Source: Hungatella hathewayi
Lineage (GTDB): Bacteria; Bacillota; Clostridia; Lachnospirales; Lachnospiraceae
NCBI RefSeq assembly: GCF_025149285.1
Contig: NZ_CP102274.1
DNA: 32,000 nt
Strand: one strand, 5' to 3'
This document shows positions 17,997 to 26,998 of this stretch, one piece after another. The notes under the pieces were generated by a model. The model was not told where the DNA came from, ran no database searches, and was given only the letters and a program-made list of their open reading frames with translations. Positions within the stretch are counted from its first letter, which is position 1, and each line of letters starts with the position of its first letter. The translations under genes were made by a program, and so were the position numbers.

Positions 17997-19055
17997 TTAG
18001 TCGCTGACCTTTACGATCACGCAGCTGTTAGGTTCATTGACTCTGATTTCCTTGCCGTTCATGATCAGCAGACCCTTCTTGTAGTCTACGGAGAAGAATG
18101 TGATGCTGCCGTTCTCATGGTTAATCGATGCGATGTGCCTGTCATCCGGGAATACGCAGATGTCTTTCGGATAACTGCCGCTGATGGGCAGACAGCAGAT
18201 ATAATCCAGCAGGCCGGTCTTCGGATCGCGGTCGTAGACGGTTATCGTGTTATCGCCGGCATTACCGCAGAACATGTGCTTCTCATCGGTAGAAAAACGC
18301 ATGGAGCTGGCGGCGGTCAGCTGGGACAACGCCTTCGGCCCGGTCGTGGAGATGGTCTGTATCTTCTCAATCTTCGGCTGGCGCTCGCCTGTCTCATAGG
18401 TGTAAACGTCGATCACGTTTTTTAGCTCATATAAAAGGTAGAAAAATCTTCCATCCGAGCTGAAACGGAAGCATCTCGGAGCAGATTCCCGCTCGCAGCG
18501 AAGCGCATCCACCAGTATCAGCTTCTCCTCTTTTTCATCGAACCGGTAAATCTTTACCTGATCGATCCCCAGATCCGCCACCATGACAAATCTGCCATCC
18601 GGCGTTCTCCTCGTACAGCTTACATGCGGACGGAAGTTTCTCTCCGCCACGCTGCCCAGTCCCTTGTGGAACACTCCGTCTACGATATCTCCCACCGTTC
18701 CATCCGGGTTCAGCCGCAGTACGGTGGACTTCCCGTCGTGATATCCGGATACAAATATATACTTGTCCTCTGCGTCCGTAGACAGATGGCAGCCCCTCAT
18801 CCCCTTAATGTTGGCGGAATTGAGTCTTGTAATCGCCCCGTTCTCATGAATCCTGAATGATACGACGCCTTCGTCCGCGATAGAGTACAGGGTCTTTCCG
18901 TCATTCGATGCTATTAAATAGGAAGAATTGTCCACTTCCACCTCGCATCTCGGTATAAAACGGCCTTTGGCCACGTCCACATCGTACACCGTAATCCCTT
19001 TTGCCTGGCCGTTGTAGGAGTAGGAACCTACGTATGCCATATACTTTCCTTTCAT
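17997..19055 (-). CDS. Lactonase family beta-propeller protein (6-phosphogluconolactonase Pgl/YbhE type)
   Basis: 352 aa. AYVGSYSYNGQAKGITVYDVD, PHVSCTRRTPDGRFVMVADLGIDQVKIYRF, GPKALSQLTAASSMRFSTDEKHMFCGNAGDNTITVYD. SD AGGAGG 8 nt upstream. Confidence 0.88.
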   Translation of the reverse strand: MKGKYMAYVGSYSYNGQAKGITVYDVDVAKGRFIPRCEVEVDNSSYLIASNDGKTLYSIADEGVVSFRIHENGAITRLNSANIKGMRGCHLSTDAEDKYIFVSGYHDGKSTVLRLNPDGTVGDIVDGVFHKGLGSVAERNFRPHVSCTRRTPDGRFVMVADLGIDQVKIYRFDEKEEKLILVDALRCERESAPRCFRFSSDGRFFYLLYELKNVIDVYTYETGERQPKIEKIQTISTTGPKALSQLTAASSMRFSTDEKHMFCGNAGDNTITVYDRDPKTGLLDYICCLPISGSYPKDICVFPDDRHIASINHENGSITFFSVDYKKGLLIMNGKEIRVNEPNSCVIVKVSD

Positions 19056-19217
19056 ATTCGCGTCCTCCTGGATTGTTCCTTGTATAAACTAAAAATATCA
19101 TATCATAAAAAAGTATATTTGTTAAGGAGAAACTATTGACATACGGATAAAATCGGGTATAATGTATTTTGCCGTGTGTTTATTATTACTAAACTTTTTA
19201 ATTATTATTATCATCAG

Positions 19218-19230
19218 TTAGTATAACTAA
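19218..19230. promoter_or_regulatory. Candidate operator TTAGT-ATA-ACTAA upstream of the XRE-cupin gene
   Basis: 5-bp perfect arms in an AT-rich divergent intergenic region. Confidence 0.35.
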
Positions 19231-19264
19231 ACTCCAGGCTTATATTTATTAAAAGGAGGAGCGT

Positions 19265-19798
19265 ATGGATATCGGTGCGAAATTAAAAGAACTGCGGATC
19301 TTAAAAGGCCTAACCCAGGAAGAGCTGGCAGACCGTGCGGAGCTGTCAAAGGGATTCATTTCCCAGCTGGAAAGGGACTTAACTTCCCCCTCCATCGCGA
19401 CTCTCATGGACATCCTGCAGTGTCTTGGGACCTCCATCGGAGAGTTCTTTAACGAGACTCCGGAGGAACAGATCGTCTTCGGGAAAACGGATTACTTTGA
19501 AAAGCACGATCAGGAACTGAAAAATGAGATCAAATGGATCATTCCCAACGCACAGAAAAATATGATGGAGCCTATTCTCCTGACACTGGAGCCGGGCGGG
19601 GAAACCTACCCCGACAATCCCCATGAGGGAGAAGAGTTCGGCTACGTCCTGCAGGGCAACATTTCCATTCATATAGGAAGCAAGACATATAAAGCAAAAA
19701 AAGGGGAATCCTTTTACTTTGTTTCTGATAAAAAACACTATTTGAGCAGCAAGGCAGGCGCCGTCTTAATCTGGGTGAGCTCTCCGCCGAGCTTTTAA
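19265..19798 (+). CDS. XRE-family HTH regulator with C-terminal cupin domain
   Basis: 177 aa. LRILKGLTQEELADRAELSKGFISQLERDLTSPSIATLMDILQCLG HTH; NPHEGEEFGYVLQGNISIHIGSKTYKAKKGESFYFVSDKKHYL cupin. Confidence 0.93.
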   Translation: MDIGAKLKELRILKGLTQEELADRAELSKGFISQLERDLTSPSIATLMDILQCLGTSIGEFFNETPEEQIVFGKTDYFEKHDQELKNEIKWIIPNAQKNMMEPILLTLEPGGETYPDNPHEGEEFGYVLQGNISIHIGSKTYKAKKGESFYFVSDKKHYLSSKAGAVLIWVSSPPSF

Positions 19799-19819
19799 TT
19801 TCAAGGAGGATAAAGGGTC

Positions 19820-20896
19820 ATGGGTCAGCCATTAATTGATTTAAAGAACATTACGAAGACATTTGACGGCACGGTCGTGCTGGATGATTTAAATCTTTCC
19901 GTAAAGGAAAATACTTTTGTTACACTGCTTGGACCCAGCGGCTGCGGAAAAACCACAACGCTCCGGATAATCGGCGGATTTGAACGGCCTGATCAGGGCA
20001 CGGTCATCTTTGACGGACAGGATATCACCAGCCTTCCGCCAAACAAACGCCAGCTGAACACAGTATTTCAGAAATACGCGCTGTTTACCCACATGTCGAT
20101 TGCGGAAAACATCGCATTTGGACTTAAGATTAAAAATAAACCAAAAACATATATCCAGGATAAGATTAAGTATGCCTTAAAGCTGGTTAATTTAGACGGC
20201 TTCGAAAACCGTACCGTGGATTCTTTGAGCGGCGGCCAGCAGCAGCGTATCGCCATTGCACGGGCCATTGTCAATGAACCCCGTGTTCTGCTCCTCGACG
20301 AACCGCTGGGCGCGCTGGATTTAAAGCTTCGCCAGGATATGCAGTATGAGCTGATCCGGTTAAAAAATGAGCTGGGCATCACGTTTATCTACGTAACCCA
20401 TGACCAGGAGGAGGCCCTTACCATGTCTGACACCATCGTCGTCATGAACCAGGGATATATCCAGCAGATGGGATCTCCTGAGAGCATTTATAATGAACCT
20501 GAAAATGCTTTTGTAGCCGATTTTATCGGGGAAAGCAATATCGTACCGGGTATTATGATCCGGGACGAGCTGGTAGAAATCTTTGGCGCCAGGTTCGTCT
20601 GCGTCGATAAGGGGTTTGGAAACAACAAGCCGGTGGACGTGGTGATCCGGCCGGAGGATATCGATCTGGTGCCTCCGGGAAACGGCTCTATTTCAGGCGT
20701 AGTCACTCATTTAATCTTTAAAGGCGTTCACTACGAGATGGAAGTTACCACTCCGGATGGCTTTGAATGGCTTGTACACAGCACGGACATGTTCCCGGTC
20801 GGACAGGAAGTGGATATCCATGTGGATCCATTTGACATTCAGATCATGAACAAGCCGGCTTCAGAGGATGAGGAGGCCGTGGGAGTCAATGAGTAA
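19820..20896 (+). CDS. potA: Spermidine/putrescine ABC transporter ATP-binding protein
   Basis: 358 aa. Walker [15 protein letters not shown], signature [14 protein letters not shown], Walker [17 protein letters not shown]-like C-terminus. Confidence 0.95.
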   Translation: MGQPLIDLKNITKTFDGTVVLDDLNLSVKENTFVTLLGPSGCGKTTTLRIIGGFERPDQGTVIFDGQDITSLPPNKRQLNTVFQKYALFTHMSIAENIAFGLKIKNKPKTYIQDKIKYALKLVNLDGFENRTVDSLSGGQQQRIAIARAIVNEPRVLLLDEPLGALDLKLRQDMQYELIRLKNELGITFIYVTHDQEEALTMSDTIVVMNQGYIQQMGSPESIYNEPENAFVADFIGESNIVPGIMIRDELVEIFGARFVCVDKGFGNNKPVDVVIRPEDIDLVPPGNGSISGVVTHLIFKGVHYEMEVTTPDGFEWLVHSTDMFPVGQEVDIHVDPFDIQIMNKPASEDEEAVGVNE

Positions 20897-21701
20897 AAAA
20901 TTATTATCCGGTCCGTATCTCATGTGGATGATCGGCTTTACCATCATTCCGCTGGCTCTGATCGTATTTTACGGTCTGACAGACAGAAGCGGGGCCTTCA
21001 CCATGGCAAACGTCCTGTCCATCGCCACGGCGGAACATTCCAAGGCACTGTGGCTGTCCCTTGGCCTTTCCTTAATCAGCACGGTCATCTGTTTTATTCT
21101 CGCCTATCCGCTGGCCTTGATTTTACGGGCGCGGGGCATCGGCCAGGGCAGCTTTATCGTCTTCATCTTCATCCTTCCGATGTGGATGAATTTCCTGCTG
21201 CGCACGCTGGCATGGCAGACGCTTCTGGAGAAGAACGGCGTCATCAACGGAGTTTTATCGGCGCTCCATCTGCCGCCCCAGGGCTTAATCAACACACCGG
21301 GCGCCATTATCCTCGGCATGGTGTACAACTTCCTGCCGTTTATGGTTCTGCCTATTTATAATGTACTGTCCAAGATCGACGACAATGTGATCAATGCCGC
21401 CCAGGATCTGGGGGCCAACTTTTTTCAGATCCTGTTCCGTATCCTGCTTCCCTTAAGCATCCCGGGAATCGTCAGCGGAATCACGATGGTGTTCGTACCG
21501 GCTCTCACCACCTTCGTTATCTCCAACTTACTGGGCGGAAGCAAGATTCTCTTAATCGGCAACGTCATCGAGCAGGAGTTTACCAAGGGCAGCAACTGGA
21601 ATCTGGGATCCGGCCTCTCCCTTGTCATGATGATCTTTATCTTAATCAGTATGGCGCTGATCGCCAAATACGATAAAAACGGGGAGGGGACTGCATTTTG
21701 A
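20889..21701 (+). CDS. potB: Spermidine/putrescine ABC transporter permease
   Basis: ORF track begins at 20868; likely ATG at 20889 ([30 protein letters not shown]) overlapping the potA stop. [26 protein letters not shown]. Confidence 0.92.
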   Translation: MSKKLLSGPYLMWMIGFTIIPLALIVFYGLTDRSGAFTMANVLSIATAEHSKALWLSLGLSLISTVICFILAYPLALILRARGIGQGSFIVFIFILPMWMNFLLRTLAWQTLLEKNGVINGVLSALHLPPQGLINTPGAIILGMVYNFLPFMVLPIYNVLSKIDDNVINAAQDLGANFFQILFRILLPLSIPGIVSGITMVFVPALTTFVISNLLGGSKILLIGNVIEQEFTKGSNWNLGSGLSLVMMIFILISMALIAKYDKNGEGTAF

Positions 21702-22492
21702 CGGGCAAAAAAACAGGTTTACTCAAACGTTTTGTTCAGGACTTTTATCTGGTCCTGATCCTGGTATTTTTATACGCTCCCATCGCTACCATGGCGGTGC
21801 TGTCTTTTAACAGCTCCAAGTCCAGGACTCAGTGGGGCGGGTTTACCACGCGGTGGTACACGGAACTGTTTTCCAGCAGTACCATCATGACGGCGCTCTA
21901 TAATACGCTGCTGATTGCATTTTTATCTTCCATCATCGCAGTCATCATCGGCACGGCAGCGGCGATCGCTATCAATAACATGAAACGGGTTCCCCGCACA
22001 ATTGTGATGGGAATCACCAATATCCCCATGCTGAACGCGGATATAGTGACCGGCATCTCCCTGATGCTGGCATTTATCGCCTTTGGAATCTCCCTCGGGT
22101 TTAAAACGATTCTGATTGCACATATTACCTTTAACATTCCGTATGTCATCTTAAGTGTCATGCCGAAGTTAAAACAAACGGATAAGAGTACTTACGAGGC
22201 CGCCATGGATTTAGGGGCAACTCCGGTCTATGCCTTCTTCAAGGTCGTATTTCCGGATATCCTTCCGGGTGTTCTCTCCGGTTTCCTGCTGGCCTTTACC
22301 ATGTCGCTGGATGATTTCATCATCACCCATTTTACCCGCGGCGCCGGCATCAACACCTTATCCACGTTAATATACAGTGAAGTACGACGCGGCATCAAGC
22401 CGTCCATGTATGCGCTGTCCACCATCATCTTCTTAACGGTGCTGATTCTCTTACTGATTACCAACTTTGCACCGAAGCGGAAGAAACACTGA
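21698..22492 (+). CDS. potC: Spermidine/putrescine ABC transporter permease
   Basis: 264 aa, TTG start overlapping the potB stop (TTGA). YEAAMDLGATPVYAFFKVVFPDILPGVLSGFLLAFTMSLDDFIITHFTRG. Confidence 0.93.
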   Translation: MTGKKTGLLKRFVQDFYLVLILVFLYAPIATMAVLSFNSSKSRTQWGGFTTRWYTELFSSSTIMTALYNTLLIAFLSSIIAVIIGTAAAIAINNMKRVPRTIVMGITNIPMLNADIVTGISLMLAFIAFGISLGFKTILIAHITFNIPYVILSVMPKLKQTDKSTYEAAMDLGATPVYAFFKVVFPDILPGVLSGFLLAFTMSLDDFIITHFTRGAGINTLSTLIYSEVRRGIKPSMYALSTIIFLTVLILLLITNFAPKRKKH

Positions 22493-22516
22493 GATTATTT
22501 TATAAGGAGACAGATT

Positions 22517-23614
22517 ATGAAAAAGAGGTATTGTTCCATCATGGCCGTTATGGCTGTGGCTGCATTATCCGCCGTCACCGTGAGCGGGTGCGGCAAATCT
22601 GCCGATAAGGCGGGAAGCGCCGGCGAAGTTTACGTTTACAACTGGGGCGAGTATATTGACGAGGATGTGAAAGCGGAGTTTGAGGAAGAGACTGGAATTA
22701 AGGTCATCTATGATATGTTTGAGACGAATGAAGAGATGTATCCGGTCATCGAAGCGGGCGGCGTGAAATACGACGCGGTCTGCCCTTCCGATTATATGAT
22801 TCAGAAGATGATCGAGAATCAGATGCTTGCTGAAATCAATTTTGACAATATTCCTAATATAAAAGAGATTGATCCCAAGTATATGGATATGTCCAAAAGC
22901 TTTGATCCGGATAATAAATATTCCGTTCCGTACTGCTGGGGTACCGTTGGTATCCTCTATAACACCAGCATGGTAGCCCCGGAGGATGCGCCGACTAAGT
23001 GGTCCGATTTGTGGGATGAGAAATTTAAGGACAATATCCTGATGCAGGACAGCGTCCGCGACGCATTCATGGTGGCTTTAAAATCTCTGGGTTACTCGAT
23101 GAACACCACCAATGAAGCGGAAATCGCCGAGGCGAGAGATTTGCTGATCAAGCAGAAACCTCTGGTCCAGGCATATGTCATCGATCAGGTCCGCGATAAG
23201 ATGATCGGCGGCGAAGCCGCCATGGGCGTCATCTATTCCGGTGAGATGCTTTACATTCAGCAGGAGGTGGCTGATCTCGGACTGGATTACTCGCTGGAAT
23301 ATGTGATCCCCGAGGAGGGAACCAATCTCTGGCTGGATTCCTGGGTAATCCCGGCTAACGCTCCAAACAAGGAGAATGCGGAGAAATGGATTAATTTCCT
23401 CTGCCGCCCGGATATCGCGAAGAAGAATTTTGAATACATCACATACCCCACCCCGAACAAGGGAGCCTTTGATTTGCTCGATGCGGATCTTCAGAACAAT
23501 AAGGCTGTATTCCCGGACACGGATTCTCTGAAGAACTGTGAAGTCTTTCAGTACCTTGGAACCGATGTAGATTCTATCTATAATGAATACTGGAAAGAAG
23601 TGAAATCGAATTAG
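22517..23614 (+). CDS. potD: Spermidine/putrescine-binding lipoprotein
   Basis: 365 aa, lipobox VSGC, then VYVYNWGEYIDEDVKAEFEEETGIKVIYDMFETNEEMYP. TAG stop. Confidence 0.95.
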   Translation: MKKRYCSIMAVMAVAALSAVTVSGCGKSADKAGSAGEVYVYNWGEYIDEDVKAEFEEETGIKVIYDMFETNEEMYPVIEAGGVKYDAVCPSDYMIQKMIENQMLAEINFDNIPNIKEIDPKYMDMSKSFDPDNKYSVPYCWGTVGILYNTSMVAPEDAPTKWSDLWDEKFKDNILMQDSVRDAFMVALKSLGYSMNTTNEAEIAEARDLLIKQKPLVQAYVIDQVRDKMIGGEAAMGVIYSGEMLYIQQEVADLGLDYSLEYVIPEEGTNLWLDSWVIPANAPNKENAEKWINFLCRPDIAKKNFEYITYPTPNKGAFDLLDADLQNNKAVFPDTDSLKNCEVFQYLGTDVDSIYNEYWKEVKSN

Positions 23615-23665
23615 GGCTGCATCGCTTACGCATGACAGTACCAACAGCAGTCAGGAGGACGCATC

Positions 23666-23986
23666 GTGGTAAACGCATTAGAAACACTATTACAGCAGGT
23701 GGTCGATATCACCATTCTCCTGTTTGAATTTATGGGAGTTCTGGTCATCATCGCGGCAGGACTCCGCGGGATTTATGATTACGTGAAGAGGAATCCTTCC
23801 ATTCGTCTGAATCTGGCTCAGGGCATGGCACTGGGGCTGGAATTTAAGCTGGGAAGCGAGATTCTCCGTACCGTAGTGGTCCGTCAGCTGTCGGAAGTGG
23901 CCGTGGTGGCTGCGATTATCGCCTTAAGGGCGGCGCTGACATTCCTGATTCACTGGGAAATCAAGGTGGAACGGGAATCTGAATAA
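23666..23986 (+). CDS. DUF1622-family small membrane protein
   Basis: 106 aa, GTG start behind CAGGAGG. ITILLFEFMGVLVIIAAGLRGIYDYVKR...LAQGMALGLEFKLGSEILRTVVVRQLSEVAVVAAIIALRAALTFLIHWEI matches the DUF1622 pattern. Confidence 0.88.
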   Translation: MVNALETLLQQVVDITILLFEFMGVLVIIAAGLRGIYDYVKRNPSIRLNLAQGMALGLEFKLGSEILRTVVVRQLSEVAVVAAIIALRAALTFLIHWEIKVERESE

Positions 23987-23996
23987 GTGAGGATGT

Positions 23997-24044
23997 AAAA
24001 GAGGACGTTCAGCTCATGAAACGGAGCTGGAAGTCCTCTTTTTT
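23997..24044. terminator. Intrinsic terminator between convergent DUF1622 and HutC-type regulator genes
   Basis: AAAAGAGGACgTTCAGCTC...GAGCTGGAAGTCCTCTTTTTT stem-loop, U-rich tail. Confidence 0.85.
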
Positions 24045-24094
24045 GTTAACCTGTCTGCGAAATCATACGGTTATCCGTATTTACCTGCCGTCTT

Positions 24095-24862
24095 TCAGTA
24101 CCTTATGTTCTTCTGCCGGATCATATTAAACTTTATAATGGCCGTGTTGATATACTCGTTGGCATGAATCAGAGGCCGGTCAGAGGAGCTGTAGTTTATT
24201 CCTTTTAAGTACAGAAAAGGTTTGCAGCCCAGCTGATTGATATCTACATACTGTTCCAGCCCCTCAATCTCTGTCGTCAGAATGGTATCGATTTCCACTT
24301 TGTCCCATTCAATTTTCTCACCAGAAAGATTGTAGATGTATTGAAAAATAGAATTCTCGTATTTGCTGAATTCACAAAACGCCTCCTCCCCTCCGATCAG
24401 AGATAAACTAAAATAATCACGGCAGAACGCACATACCAGATCATCGGCCAGAAACATCTTCTCTGCTACGACGAGCTGTTCGCTGCTCTCCATCTGCAGC
24501 TGCTGGCAGATGGCTTCATCCCGGTCAATTTTCTGAATGTTCAGCAGCCGGACGGAAGGTGTATATCCGCTGTTCTCAATCATTTGGGTAAATTCCATAC
24601 AGGGGTTGAATTTGACCTTGATATTGAGAGAATCTACGTTTACAAAGGTACCTTTTCCCTGGCGGCGGAAGATAATGCCTTCTGAGGCCAGGTCATTTAA
24701 CGCCTGTCGGATGGTGATACGGCTGACACCGATCATCTCAGCCAGCACTTCTTCTCTGGGAAGCTTATTATTACGGGAAAGATCCATGTTCTTGATGTAT
24801 TTATGTATTTCACGCTTTGCCTGCTCGGAAAGCGTCAGTGTATTCAGCTTCTGGTATTCCAT
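24095..24862 (-). CDS. GntR-family regulator, HutC/UTRA type
   Basis: 255 aa. MDLSRNNKLPREEVLAEMIGVSRITIRQALNDLASEGIIFRRQGKGTFV wHTH; UTRA-like ligand domain. Confidence 0.92.
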   Translation of the reverse strand: MEYQKLNTLTLSEQAKREIHKYIKNMDLSRNNKLPREEVLAEMIGVSRITIRQALNDLASEGIIFRRQGKGTFVNVDSLNIKVKFNPCMEFTQMIENSGYTPSVRLLNIQKIDRDEAICQQLQMESSEQLVVAEKMFLADDLVCAFCRDYFSLSLIGGEEAFCEFSKYENSIFQYIYNLSGEKIEWDKVEIDTILTTEIEGLEQYVDINQLGCKPFLYLKGINYSSSDRPLIHANEYINTAIIKFNMIRQKNIRY

Positions 24863-24867
24863 ATGAT

Positions 24868-24908
24868 AGCCTCCTGCCTTTTTCTTTAATCATAGTTGGT
24901 AGGAGGCT
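24868..24908 (-). promoter_or_regulatory. Hairpin whose 3' arm contains the regulator's Shine-Dalgarno
   Basis: Minus strand AGCCTCCTACC (24908-24898) pairs with GGCAGGAGGCT (24878-24868), 10 of 11 pairs. AGGAGG lies just before ATG at 24862. Confidence 0.55.
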
Positions 24909-24913
24909 CTTTG

Positions 24914-26206
24914 TCAACGTTTCAAACCCTTGCTTCCATTTAAAAGAAGATTTAGAAGAATGGCGCTGGCACTTACCATAAAAAGTCCATTGCTGCAGAT
25001 CATGCTGAGCGTGGAGGGAAGACCTGCAAAGATATCGGAGGCAAAGGTGGCACCGACACCGATGGCAATACTGGTTCCCACAATTGTGAAATTATTGTTT
25101 TCAAAGAAATTCAGCTTTGACAATATGGAGATGCCTGACGAGGTAATGACGCCAAACAGAGCCAGGGTAGCTCCTCCCAGTACAGCTTTCGGAACCACTG
25201 TTATCACCGCGGATACCTTGGGAAATATGCCCAGAAGGAGCATCATTACCCCAGCCGTCGCAATGACAGAGCGGCTTTTTATTTTTGTAAGGTCGATCAG
25301 GCTGACATTTTCATTAAACATGGTAGAAGGTACGGAGTTAAATGCGCCTGTTATCACCTGCGAAACTGCCTGCGCCTTGATTCCTTTAATCTTGGTGGCA
25401 TTGTCTGTATGCGTTCCGGCAATCTCATCCAGTACAGAGAAGACACCAATACATTGAATCATATTAATGATACAGAAAATGGTCATGATCAATATGGAAC
25501 CCGCTTCAAACTGCGGAGCGCCAAAGTAAAAGGGCGTCACCAGCCGGAATGCACTTGCCTCCTGAATAGGGGTGATATCCACCATTCCCATGAAAGCGCC
25601 GACCAGAGTTCCGCCGATAATTCCCAGCAGAAGGGACATGGCGCGCCAGATTCCTTTGCCGAATTTCTCCACCAGGATGATAAAAATCAAGACTCCAAAT
25701 CCCAGCAGAAGATTCTGCACCGACCCATACGTACTGCTGCCGGTACCGCCGGCCAGATCCTGGATAGCCGTAGGTGCCAGACTGACACCGATCAGCGTAA
25801 CGAAGGTTCCAACGACCACCGGCGGAAACAGCATCAGAATCTTATCCAGAAAAAAGGAAAGAATGAAGATCAGTACACCGGATACCATAATGGCTCCAAA
25901 CAGGGTGGGAAGGCCGTAAGTATTTCCAATCATAATCATGGGAGCCAACGGAGCAAAGGAGGATCCCAGAATGATAGGATATCTGGAACCTATGTATTTG
26001 CTCAATCCAAATACCTGGATCAGAATAGCGATTCCGCTGGTAAAAAGGTTGGCAGATACCAGAAACGCGGTGGTCCTGGCGTCCAGCCCCATGGCGCCGC
26101 TCAGGATCAGAGGAACCGCTATCGTTCCGGGGCACATGGCCAGCACATGCTGGAAACCTACCAGCAGGTTCTTGCCAGGGCTTATTTTCTCAGAAAACGT
26201 ATCCAT
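24914..26206 (-). CDS. NCS2-family nucleobase (uracil/xanthine/purine) permease
   Basis: ORF to 26230; likely ATG at 26206 (MDTFSEKISPGKNLLVGFQHVLAMCPGTIAVPLILSGA) behind AGGAGG. MCSNGLFMVSASAILLNLLLNG. Confidence 0.92.
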   Translation of the reverse strand: MDTFSEKISPGKNLLVGFQHVLAMCPGTIAVPLILSGAMGLDARTTAFLVSANLFTSGIAILIQVFGLSKYIGSRYPIILGSSFAPLAPMIMIGNTYGLPTLFGAIMVSGVLIFILSFFLDKILMLFPPVVVGTFVTLIGVSLAPTAIQDLAGGTGSSTYGSVQNLLLGFGVLIFIILVEKFGKGIWRAMSLLLGIIGGTLVGAFMGMVDITPIQEASAFRLVTPFYFGAPQFEAGSILIMTIFCIINMIQCIGVFSVLDEIAGTHTDNATKIKGIKAQAVSQVITGAFNSVPSTMFNENVSLIDLTKIKSRSVIATAGVMMLLLGIFPKVSAVITVVPKAVLGGATLALFGVITSSGISILSKLNFFENNNFTIVGTSIAIGVGATFASDIFAGLPSTLSMICSNGLFMVSASAILLNLLLNGSKGLKR

Positions 26207-26220
26207 ATCAGGCCCTCCTG

Positions 26221-26703
26221 TCAGTCCCAATAACCTTCATGAACTTTGGCTGCATCTACTTCCACTTCCGTGACAGGTCCCACCACCTCAATTGCCTTTT
26301 GTCCCCGGGAAAATACTTCACGGCAGGGGAGGTCAAAGGTCGGATTTTGCTCATTGCTGCCAGTCAGCTCCAACAGACGGCGCTCTGTCATGCCATAAAC
26401 TACACGGCCGATATTGGCCCAGTAGATGGCGCCGGCGCACATGGCACATGGCTCTGCCGTAGTATATAAGGTGCAGTCCCAGAGATAATCTTTTGTAAAT
26501 TCATGGGAAGCACGTGCTGCCAGCGTTGCCTCTGCATGACCGGTACAGATTTTATCTGTGATCTCAATATTTCCCTGCTCCATCACGATGTCCCCGTCCT
26601 TATTTACTAAAAGCGCTCCGAAGGGGGTGTTGCCCGCAGCACGGGCCTCTTTTGATATCTCGATTGCACGTCTTAAATAGTATTCATGGCTCTGGTAACT
26701 CAT
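26221..26703 (-). CDS. Nucleoside/nucleobase deaminase (CMP/dCMP/guanine deaminase-like, zinc-binding)
   Basis: 160 aa. TPFGALLVNKDGD, GHAEATLAARA (HAE), TTAEPCAMCAGAIYWANIGRVVYG (PCxxC). Confidence 0.93.
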   Translation of the reverse strand: MSYQSHEYYLRRAIEISKEARAAGNTPFGALLVNKDGDIVMEQGNIEITDKICTGHAEATLAARASHEFTKDYLWDCTLYTTAEPCAMCAGAIYWANIGRVVYGMTERRLLELTGSNEQNPTFDLPCREVFSRGQKAIEVVGPVTEVEVDAAKVHEGYWD

Positions 26704-26729
26704 ATAAAATCCTCCCGCATAATAGTATT

Positions 26730-26747
26730 AGGTAATAGGTATTACCT
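26730..26747. promoter_or_regulatory. Perfect palindromic operator AGGTAATA-GG-TATTACCT
   Basis: 8-bp perfect arms with a 2-nt spacer between the predicted -10 and the deaminase SD. Confidence 0.75.
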
Positions 26748-26760
26748 TTTGTTTGAATCC

Positions 26761-26789
26761 ATCATAACACGAATAAGATATGATGTCTA
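26761..26789 (-). promoter_or_regulatory. Predicted promoter of the deaminase / NCS2 permease / HutC operon
   Basis: Minus strand TAGACA (26789-26784), 17 nt, TATGAT (26766-26761). Confidence 0.75.
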
Positions 26790-26916
26790 TGTGAAGGATT
26801 TACGATAAGAAGCTGCAATAATTGTACAATATATACAAAACTTTGGTTTTCATCAATGGCTGTTGACTCTTATATCCACCGCACACCGTGCGCTGCGAGA
26901 GATGAAATTCCACTGC

Positions 26917-26964
26917 AAAAAGAGGACTTTCACCCATGAACCTGAGTGGAAAGTCCTCTTTTTT
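26917..26964. terminator. Intrinsic terminator downstream of the 26999-27721 gene
   Basis: AAAAAGAGGACTTTCAC...GTGGAAAGTCCTCTTTTTT; one-nt bulge. Strong similarity to 23997-24044. Confidence 0.8.
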
Positions 26965-26998
26965 CATTAGAGTAACAGGGATATGTTCTGCATTTCCA

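Noticed and set aside
17781-18425. + strand ORF of 214 aa spanning the aroC start, the intergenic hairpin and the lactonase 3' half
   Set aside because: Overlaps two well-supported genes and a terminator, and has no recognisable domain; no support as a real gene.
24895-26880. Purine riboswitch upstream of the NCS2 permease or deaminase
   Set aside because: I could not find a recognisable purine aptamer architecture in the short leader. A palindromic operator explains the region better. Infernal with RF00167 would be decisive.
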